This document shows, one piece after another, positions 25,779 through 30,920 of a DNA stretch of 30,920 nt. The translations under genes were made by a program, and so were the position numbers. The stretch comes from a virus: the IMG/VR virus record IMGVR_UViG_3300045988_121797; one strand, written 5' to 3'. A model generated the notes under the pieces. The model saw only the letters and a list, made by a program, of their open reading frames with translations, made no database searches and was not told the DNA's origin. Numbering within the stretch: position 1 is the first letter of the stretch; each line of letters begins with the position of its first letter.

Positions 25779-25946
25779 ATGGTTATAGAAAAAAACGGCA
25801 AGGCGTACACCGTAACCGAGCACCGCGACAAATGGACGGTATCGGCGGAAAGCGGTAAACTCTCGGTTGCTTTTGATGTTTCAAAAGAGCTATGCCCCAC
25901 AGCCGACGCGCTGCGAGTGTATGTAAACAATAATAGTATTTTTTGA
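25779..25946 (+). CDS. Mini-ORF, 55 aa (hypothetical); below the ORF-track length cutoff
   Basis: SD aggagg with the ATG at 25779. MVIEKNGKAYTVTEHRDKWTVSAESGKLSVAFDVSKELCPTADALRVYVNNNSIF. Confidence 0.5.
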   Translation: MVIEKNGKAYTVTEHRDKWTVSAESGKLSVAFDVSKELCPTADALRVYVNNNSIF

Positions 25947-25959
25947 GGAGGGCTGACCT

Positions 25960-26148
25960 ATGGCGGACAAGCGGAAAACGAAAACCTCTACCGAGGTAAA
26001 AACAAGATACAATCAAAAGACTTATGATGTAATAGCGGTTAGAGTCCCTAAAGAAATGGCAGAGGCTTTCAAGGCGAAATGTACCGCCGAGGATATACCG
26101 CAAGCCCAAATTATAAAGCGGGCTATTGAGGAATTTTTGCAGCAGTAA
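25960..26148 (+). CDS. Ribbon-helix-helix (CopG/Arc-like) DNA-binding protein
   Basis: 62 aa. YDVIAVRVPKEMAEAFKAKCTAEDIPQAQIIKRAIEEFL fits the RHH strand-helix-helix pattern. Confidence 0.7.
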   Translation: MADKRKTKTSTEVKTRYNQKTYDVIAVRVPKEMAEAFKAKCTAEDIPQAQIIKRAIEEFLQQ

Positions 26149-26150
26149 CC

Positions 26151-26187
26151 GAGAGGGAGCGTAACGGCTCCCTCTCTTTGTCTTTTT
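26151..26187 (+). terminator. Strong rho-independent terminator
   Basis: gagagggagc-gtaacg-gctccctctc forms a perfect 10-bp stem, followed by tttgtcttttt. Confidence 0.8.
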
Positions 26188-26213
26188 ATATGATAAAACG
26201 GAGTGATTTTATT

Positions 26214-27251
26214 ATGGCATACAAACATTTAACCTTTAACGACAGATTAAAAATTGAGGCTTGGCAAAAGGTAGGTACCTCCCCTCGAGTAATGGCTGAA
26301 AAGCTCGGCGTACATATCAGCACTATTTATAGAGAGCTCAAGCGCGGACAGTATGAGCACCTTAATTCCGATTATACCACCGAGCAGAGATACAGCCCCG
26401 ATATTGCCGAGGAGAAAAACCAGGCTAACCTACGCGCTAAAGGTGCGCCGCTTAAAATCGGCTCCGACCACGAGTACGCGCAGTATATCGAGTATAAAAT
26501 AAGAGTAGAGAAATACTCTCCCCGCGCCGTCCTGGGCGAAATCAAACGCCAGGGCGTAGAGTTTAGTACGAGCATATCGGCTCCGACTCTGTACCGCTAT
26601 ATCGAGCAGGGCGTTTTCCTCACTATCACAAACGACAATTTACCTGTTAAGAGAAATAAGAGCACCCGCAAATATAAGAAAGTGAGAGCGGCTCGCGCCT
26701 CCAAAGGTGAGAGCATAGAAAAACGCCCCGCAGAGATTGCGGAGCGTAACACTTTCGGACATTGGGAAATGGATTGCGTAGAGGGCAAGAAAGGCACTAA
26801 AAAAACTATGCTCGTATTGACCGAGCGTTATACCCGCTACGAGATTATCCGCATTATGAAAGACCACACCGCCGCAAGCGTCGTAAAAGCCCTTAACGGT
26901 ATCGAGCGGGCATACGGCGCAGACTTTTATAAAATCTTTCAAAGTATCACCATAGACAACGGCTCCGAGTTTTCCGATTATGAGGGACTCGAGCAGAGCT
27001 GCCGCCGCGTCGGCACCCGTACAAAGGTATATTACTGCCACCCGTACAGCTCATACGAGCGCGGCTCAAATGAAAATCAAAATAAAATGATACGCCGCCA
27101 CTACCCGAAAGGCGTTAGCTTTGAGCGGGTAACGCCTGCCGACACACGCAGGCTTGAAAAGTGGATAAACAATTATCCGAGAGGGATTTTTAACTATTTT
27201 ACCTCCGCAGACCTCTACGAGGCGTGCGTAAATAGCCTTTTATCTGCCTAA
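26214..27251 (+). CDS. IS30-family DDE transposase
   Basis: 345 aa. N-terminal HTH LTFNDRLKIEAWQKVGTSPRVMAEKLGVHISTIYRELKRG. Catalytic core HWEMDCVEG...ITIDNGSEFSDY...SYERGSNENQNKMIRR. Confidence 0.9.
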   Translation: MAYKHLTFNDRLKIEAWQKVGTSPRVMAEKLGVHISTIYRELKRGQYEHLNSDYTTEQRYSPDIAEEKNQANLRAKGAPLKIGSDHEYAQYIEYKIRVEKYSPRAVLGEIKRQGVEFSTSISAPTLYRYIEQGVFLTITNDNLPVKRNKSTRKYKKVRAARASKGESIEKRPAEIAERNTFGHWEMDCVEGKKGTKKTMLVLTERYTRYEIIRIMKDHTAASVVKALNGIERAYGADFYKIFQSITIDNGSEFSDYEGLEQSCRRVGTRTKVYYCHPYSSYERGSNENQNKMIRRHYPKGVSFERVTPADTRRLEKWINNYPRGIFNYFTSADLYEACVNSLLSA

Positions 27252-27254
27252 ATT

Positions 27255-27276
27255 AAAATTTTTTGCACTTTTTCGC
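27255..27276 (-). repeat. Right terminal inverted repeat of the IS30-family element
   Basis: aaaattttttgcactttttcgc is the reverse complement of 25465-25486, 22/22. Confidence 0.85.
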
Positions 27277-27285
27277 ATTTACCTC

Positions 27286-27314
27286 TTGACTTTTCAAATA
27301 AAAAGTTTTAGAAT
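27286..27314 (+). promoter_or_regulatory. Candidate promoter TTGACT-N17-TAGAAT
   Basis: -35 at 27286-27291 and -10 at 27309-27314. It lies just outside the IS right end and points toward repeat copy B and the HTH/methylase genes. Confidence 0.5.
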
Positions 27315-27355
27315 AAGTGCGAAAGGTTTTTTAAGACCTAACGCACTTATTTTTT
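27312..27355 (+). terminator. Rho-independent terminator overlapping the -10 of the candidate promoter
   Basis: aataagtgcg (27312-27321) pairs with cgcacttatt (27342-27351). An inner aggt/acct pair extends the structure, and a T run follows. Confidence 0.65.
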
Positions 27356-27357
27356 AT

Positions 27358-27433
27358 GGCTTTTGCTTATAACGAGGATAGAGCAACGCAGAGGTGCGAC
27401 TCGAGCGCGTTATGAGATTTTAGCATAAGGGAA
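27358..27433 (+). repeat. 76-bp element, copy B (partner of 998-1073)
   Basis: 74/76 identical to copy A; mismatches are at 27385 and 27414. Confidence 0.9.
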
Positions 27434-27434
27434 T

Positions 27435-27466
27435 AAGAAAGCGGAGGGCGCGCCCTCCGCTTTCTT
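27435..27466. repeat. Perfect 32-bp palindrome (16-bp arms)
   Basis: aagaaagcggagggcg|cgccctccgctttctt, immediately after repeat copy B and 38 nt upstream of the HTH ORF. Confidence 0.9.
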
Positions 27467-27504
27467 GCTCTCACCTACAGAGAAAAGAAAGGAGTATAGC
27501 GCGT

Positions 27505-27756
27505 ATGACTTGCCGATACCTCACCTACGAGGACAGAAAGAGCATTGAGGCTCTTTATGCAGCAGGCGTAAGCCTCGCCGACATTGCCTCCGAGCTCGGA
27601 GTACACCTCGCCACTATTTATAGAGAAATGACGCGAGGCGGAACGGGTGAGCTCGACGGTAACGGGCGTAGCGGCTATAGTGCCGAGCTTGCACAAAAGA
27701 CCGTACAAGACAGTATCAAACGCCGAGGGCACCGAAAACCCGCCACGGCGCAGTAA
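27505..27756 (+). CDS. Standalone IS30-type HTH protein (transposase N-terminal domain only)
   Basis: 83 aa. MTCRYLTYEDRKSIEALYAAGVSLADIASELGVHLATIYREMTRGG aligns with residues 1-45 of the transposase at 26214 (about 21/45 identical). There is no DDE core. Confidence 0.7.
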   Translation: MTCRYLTYEDRKSIEALYAAGVSLADIASELGVHLATIYREMTRGGTGELDGNGRSGYSAELAQKTVQDSIKRRGHRKPATAQ

Positions 27757-27789
27757 AACAAAATAAAAATAAAACGGAGTGATTTTATT

Positions 27790-28716
27790 ATGATTAAACT
27801 TTTAATAGGCGGCTCCCCTTGCACAAAGTGGAGCGTAGCAAGAACGAAAGACAGAGAAACCACAGCAAGCGGGATAGGTTGGGAATTGTTTGTAAATTAT
27901 CTTATTGCAAAGGCGAGGTTTAAGCCCGACCTTTTCTTATATGAAAACAACGAGTCCGCAGCCCCCGAAATTCAAGAGCAAATTAGCTACGAGCTCGGAG
28001 TAGAACTTGCACACATTAACAGCGGGCTATTATCTGCACAAAGCCGAGAGCGGTTTTATGCGTTTAATTGGGAAGCGGAAATGCCAAAGGAAAAAGGGCT
28101 TGTATTAAAAGATATTATACTGCCCGCCGAAGCGGTACCGAGCAAATATTGGTACACCGACAAGCCGTACACATTACTCGATACCGATAAGGTAGTATGT
28201 GCCTCGTTAGATATTAAGGCTATGGATATTATAAAGCGGGTACACAATATCAATTTCAAATCACCGACGCTTACTTGCGACGGAAAAGGCGGACACAGAG
28301 TAAAGAAAATCCTACAAGACGGGAAACCGAGAAAACTAATGCCTATCGAATACGAGAGGTTGCAAACGCTCCCCGACAACTACACTAAAGCTATAAGCGA
28401 TAGTCAGCGGTACAACACAATCGGCAACGGTTGGACGGCGGATATTATTATACATATTCTTTCCTATGCTCTCTCGGGCGTTGATAAAAACGAAAAAATA
28501 ATTGTTTTATCAATGTATGACGGTATAGCTACGGGCCGCTACTGCCTGGATAAAATGGGATTTACAAATGTTGAGTATTACGCTATCGAAATTGACGAAC
28601 ACGCAAAGAAAGTAGCTAACGACAATTACCCCGATATTATGCAGTACGGCGACGCTTTCCAAATGAGGGATAACGCCTTTAATATAAACGGTTTGCTTTC
28701 GGAGGTGATTATATGA
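27790..28716 (+). CDS. DNA (cytosine-5) methyltransferase with circularly permuted motif order
   Basis: Motifs: IV LLIGGSPCTKWS (aa 4-15), VI FLYENN (49-54), VIII SAQSRERF (82-89), IX RKLMPIEYERLQTLPDNYT (181-199), X IGNGWT (211-216), I VLSMYDGIATG (239-249), II YYAIEID (263-269), III YGDAF (286-290). Confidence 0.8.
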   Translation: MIKLLIGGSPCTKWSVARTKDRETTASGIGWELFVNYLIAKARFKPDLFLYENNESAAPEIQEQISYELGVELAHINSGLLSAQSRERFYAFNWEAEMPKEKGLVLKDIILPAEAVPSKYWYTDKPYTLLDTDKVVCASLDIKAMDIIKRVHNINFKSPTLTCDGKGGHRVKKILQDGKPRKLMPIEYERLQTLPDNYTKAISDSQRYNTIGNGWTADIIIHILSYALSGVDKNEKIIVLSMYDGIATGRYCLDKMGFTNVEYYAIEIDEHAKKVANDNYPDIMQYGDAFQMRDNAFNINGLLSEVII

Positions 28717-29162
28717 AAGCTGTTAAGTGCCCGCAATGCGGACACGAATTTACACCCGAGCGGGCAGCAGTTAAGACGGGAGCTTGGACTACCGAGGAGG
28801 ACGAGCTGCTGTTACACGGGTACCAAAAGGAGCGTAAGACTATCGCGCAGCTTTCCGAGGAGCTTAACCGCACCCAGGACGCAACGCGCAACCGTCTATA
28901 TTTGCTCCGTGGCGGAGGCAAGCCTAAAGGCGTAAACGCAAGCGTGCAGCTCTCGGCGAAAGAATTTGACGAAATGAGAGCGGCTCGCACCGAGGTTAAG
29001 AACGCCCGAAAGGTTGTAGAGCAGGCGAAAGCCACCGAGCGCGAGCTCTCCGCCTTTTATGCCCTGGGTAAACAGTTACTCAATGCAAGGCAAAACAAGC
29101 GCGCTATAGCCCCGCTTTTTGCGGAGCTGCAAAAGTTAGTAGATACATACGAAAATTTTTAG
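28713..29162 (+). CDS. Zinc-ribbon plus Myb/SANT-like DNA-binding protein (putative regulator)
   Basis: 149 aa. CPQCGHEF, then WTTEEDELLLHGYQKERKTIAQLSEELNRTQDATRNRLYLL. The start overlaps the methylase stop (ATGA). Confidence 0.45.
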   Translation: MKAVKCPQCGHEFTPERAAVKTGAWTTEEDELLLHGYQKERKTIAQLSEELNRTQDATRNRLYLLRGGGKPKGVNASVQLSAKEFDEMRAARTEVKNARKVVEQAKATERELSAFYALGKQLLNARQNKRAIAPLFAELQKLVDTYENF

Positions 29163-29175
29163 GAGGTAAAACCTT

Positions 29176-29865
29176 ATGAATAGCAGCATTTTAACCGCTA
29201 TTGAGTCCCTATGCGACGATATAGCAACCAACACCAACCCAGAGGAAAACAAGAAAAGAGCCGAGGCGGTTGTTTCTCTTGCCTTTGCGGGCATTTTTAC
29301 ACCCGCAGAATATGACGACGAATACGAGGACGAAAGCTCCGAGGGTGAAGCGGCACCCGTTGCAGATGTGAGCAAGGTACCGCAGGCGGGCGAGCGTTTT
29401 ACCCGTGGCGGTATTGAGTTTGTCGCTCTCGGTATGGAGCAAGGCGGCGTACTTGCCGTAGCTGCAAAACGACTCGAGGACGAAATGGCATACGACGAGG
29501 ACGGCTCCAACGATTGGCGCAAATCCTCTCTCCGTAAATACCTCAACGAGGAGTTTGTAAAGAATTTCGATAAAGGCGACCTCCTCCCGTTTGTTTCCGA
29601 CCTCACCTCCGACGACGGTATGACCGACTACGGCACCTCCGAGGACTTTGTGGCGTTGCTTTCGGACAACCTTTACCGCAAGTACCGTAAGTTTATGCCT
29701 AAATATGATACCTGGGTATGGACTATTACTCCCTGGAGCTGCCTCCCTGGGAACGCGAGCAGCGAGCGCTATGTGAACACCTCGGGAGCGTTGAACGGCA
29801 ACTACGCGATTTACGGTTACGGAGTCGCCCCCGCTTGTATTTTTAATCCCGAAATCTTTAAGTAA
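29176..29865 (+). CDS. DGR target protein 2 (remote): acidic N-terminus plus a C-type-lectin-like C-terminal domain carrying VR2
   Basis: 229 aa. WRKSSLRKYLNEEF, then WSCLPGNASSERYVNTSGALNGNYAIYGYGVAPACIF aligned to TR. No signal peptide or TM segment is seen. Confidence 0.8.
   Translation: MNSSILTAIESLCDDIATNTNPEENKKRAEAVVSLAFAGIFTPAEYDDEYEDESSEGEAAPVADVSKVPQAGERFTRGGIEFVALGMEQGGVLAVAAKRLEDEMAYDEDGSNDWRKSSLRKYLNEEFVKNFDKGDLLPFVSDLTSDDGMTDYGTSEDFVALLSDNLYRKYRKFMPKYDTWVWTITPWSCLPGNASSERYVNTSGALNGNYAIYGYGVAPACIFNPEIFK
29743..29838 (+). repeat. DGR variable region VR2
   Basis: Gap-free 96-nt alignment to TR 20842-20937 with 11 differences, all at TR adenines. Confidence 0.88.
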
Positions 29866-29868
29866 TCT

Positions 29869-29882
29869 GCGCCGATAGGCGC
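29869..29882 (+). promoter_or_regulatory. GC-rich hairpin downstream of VR2 (candidate DGR target-recognition hairpin)
   Basis: gcgcc-GATA-ggcgc: a 5-bp stem plus one T-G wobble, with a 4-nt loop. It starts 30 nt after the end of VR2. Confidence 0.5.
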
Positions 29883-29896
29883 GTATGGAGGCTTAT

Positions 29897-30097
29897 ATGG
29901 GATATAGGAAAGTATCAGCAGCGGAGCAAATTTATTACATTATTAAATATGCGGTGCGGCGGGCGGTAAAACGCCTCCGCTCCCGCCTGCGCCATTGGCT
30001 AAAGCGCGGCAAAGGCTGCCGCCATTGTTGCCTATGGTGTAAATATTTCGAGCAATGCAGCTCGGAGGAGGTAGACAATGAAACTAAAACAAATTGA
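29897..30097 (+). CDS. Hypothetical basic Cys-rich small protein
   Basis: MGYRKVSAAEQ...GCRHCCLWCKYFEQC. SD ggagg lies 5 nt upstream of the ATG at 29897; the track start at 29885 is the alternative. Confidence 0.35.
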   Translation: MGYRKVSAAEQIYYIIKYAVRRAVKRLRSRLRHWLKRGKGCRHCCLWCKYFEQCSSEEVDNETKTN

Positions 30098-30677
30098 GGC
30101 GATATTAAAAGCCGAAAAAACAATAATCGTTTCCGAAACGCCCTCTTGTCAATGGCTCGGAAACGGTGCGGCATTTTACCCCGTATACAATTTGCCAAAA
30201 CTGACGCAAGACAACATCTTTACTATGTTTGATATTGCGGAGGACAAGCGGGACAAATTCTATTTTGAGGAGCGGGAGCTGCCCTCTTTTATAAATTTCG
30301 AGGACGGCGACGAGTCCGAGGAAATGCTCGACAGAGGCTCTATTGCATTTTACGCGCAAGGTAGAACGCTCGAGCCTCTCAAGACCTCCCAGGGCATAGC
30401 CTTTATAAATACAAGGTACTTAAAACCATTTACAGACTCTCAAGCAGGCTACGAATTGTACGAGCGTACCGACAAGCTCGGCAGACCGTACATTGTAGTA
30501 AAAAGCGGTTTTGTACTACTCGGCGTTATCTCTCCTTATGACCTGGTAAACGAGGGCTTTGTGCAGACTCTCGAGGAGATATTAAACCTATCCAAAGTAA
30601 CGCTCTTTAACAAACAAGAAAAGAGCCGAGCTGCGGACGGTTACAAACAAATCGAGCTCGGCGAGGAGGTGGAGTAA
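30078..30677 (+). CDS. Hypothetical protein
   Basis: 199 aa with SD ggaggagg upstream. I recognise no motif. Confidence 0.5.
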   Translation: MKLKQIEAILKAEKTIIVSETPSCQWLGNGAAFYPVYNLPKLTQDNIFTMFDIAEDKRDKFYFEERELPSFINFEDGDESEEMLDRGSIAFYAQGRTLEPLKTSQGIAFINTRYLKPFTDSQAGYELYERTDKLGRPYIVVKSGFVLLGVISPYDLVNEGFVQTLEEILNLSKVTLFNKQEKSRAADGYKQIELGEEVE

Positions 30678-30755
30678 ATGGAGGAAATTATTATTGCGCT
30701 CATTATCTGCGGCACAATCATTATTTTAGTGCGCGGCAACAATAAAAAGAAATAA
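30678..30755 (+). CDS. Possible 25-aa single-TM peptide
   Basis: MEEIIIALIICGTIIILVRGNNKKK. The ATG directly follows the previous stop, with ggaggtggag upstream. This rests on the ORF alone. Confidence 0.25.
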   Translation: MEEIIIALIICGTIIILVRGNNKKK

Positions 30756-30767
30756 GGAGCGGGCTAT

Positions 30768-30920
30768 ATGGATTTTCAGCAGCTTAACGAGGCTTTAATG
30801 AACGGATAGCCCGTAGAGCATAACGGTATCGTTTATAAATGTGTTTCGGCTATTATCAAGCGAAACAAGAACGGGAAACCCGTATACACCGCAGAGCTCA
30901 CAGATAGAAATAACAACAGC
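30768..30920 (+). pseudogene. Junction-spanning small ORF interrupted by one in-frame TAG (30807-30809)
   Basis: SD aaggag lies 8 nt upstream of the ATG at 30768. MDFQQLNEALMNG-TAG-PVEHNGIVYKCVSAIIKRNKNGKPVYTAELTDRNNNS... stays open to the window end and continues at 56-100. Confidence 0.35.
30866..30920. repeat. Terminal direct repeat, partner of 1-55
   Basis: Exact 55-nt identity with the window start. Confidence 0.95.

Larger units (their letters stand above)
25465..27276 (+). mobile_element. IS30-family insertion element (about 1.81 kb) with a passenger module
   Basis: It is bounded by perfect 22-bp terminal inverted repeats. The right repeat starts 3 nt after the transposase stop. Flanking 7-mers are attttcc and atttacc (6/7). 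Confidence 0.6.

Noticed and set aside
26178-26213. Upstream start (MSFYMIKRSDFI) for the IS30 transposase
   Set aside because: It begins inside the T-tract of the terminator at 26151-26187. ATG 26214 has an SD (acggag) and gives the conserved IS30 N-terminal HTH.
25465-27276. The IS30 transposase as the phage's own integrase, with the phage as a transposable prophage
   Set aside because: The 22-bp inverted repeats face inward around a 1.8-kb unit that contains the transposase. They do not sit at the ends of the 29-kb phage part. No evidence for lysogeny (integrase, CI-like repressor, att site) was found either.
1-30920. TAG (amber) stop-codon reassignment, suggested by the in-frame TAG at 30807 and the avd-TAG-TR-RT open frame
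   Set aside because: TAG ends several well-supported genes right before the SD and start of the next gene (9300-9302, 10014-10016, 24270-24272, 29160-29162). All large conserved genes are intact under the standard code.

Overview
The window is a complete small siphovirus-type tailed phage genome. Bases 1-55 are identical to 30866-30920, so the contig closes on itself with about 30,865 unique bp. Strong AGGAGG-type Shine-Dalgarno sites and the lysis genes (XhlB/SPP1-type holin, amidase with SPOR and Cpl-7 wall-binding domains) suggest a Gram-positive, Firmicutes-like host. All genes but one are on the + strand.

Gene order:
- Early genes: membrane SLT transglycosylase, HUH-type Rep, dUTPase, ArpU/sigma-like regulator.
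- Packaging and head: HNH, TerS, TerL, portal, prohead protease, HK97-type capsid, connectors.
- Tail: major tail protein, G/GT tail chaperones with a T-TTT-TTC -1 slippery site, tape measure, Dit, Tal, FN3-containing fibre.
- A full BPP-1-style diversity-generating retroelement (DGR): a BppU_N/C-type-lectin target with VR1, then avd, TR and RT.
- Lysis cassette, followed by an accessory region.

Main result: the DGR has two targets.
- VR1 (20195-20323) is in the tail-fibre-like gene next to the cassette.
- VR2 (29743-29838) lies 8.9 kb away, at the C-terminus of a small acidic protein with no obvious structural role, among early/accessory genes.
- All but one of the VR/TR differences fall on TR adenines, mostly in AAC codons.
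- Each VR is followed by a GC-rich hairpin with a 4-nt loop.

Other notable items:
- An IS30-family element bounded by perfect 22-bp inverted repeats. It appears to carry a consensus promoter with an operator, two mini-ORFs and an RHH gene as cargo.
- A C5-cytosine methyltransferase with circularly permuted motif order (IV-X before I-III).
- A standalone IS30-type HTH ORF.
- A 76-bp element duplicated upstream of rep and of the HTH/methylase block.
- Three pairs of (near-)identical translation-initiation regions on unrelated genes.
- A heavily structured leader upstream of the only minus-strand gene.

All calls come from reading the sequence and from remembered family motifs. No database search was run.
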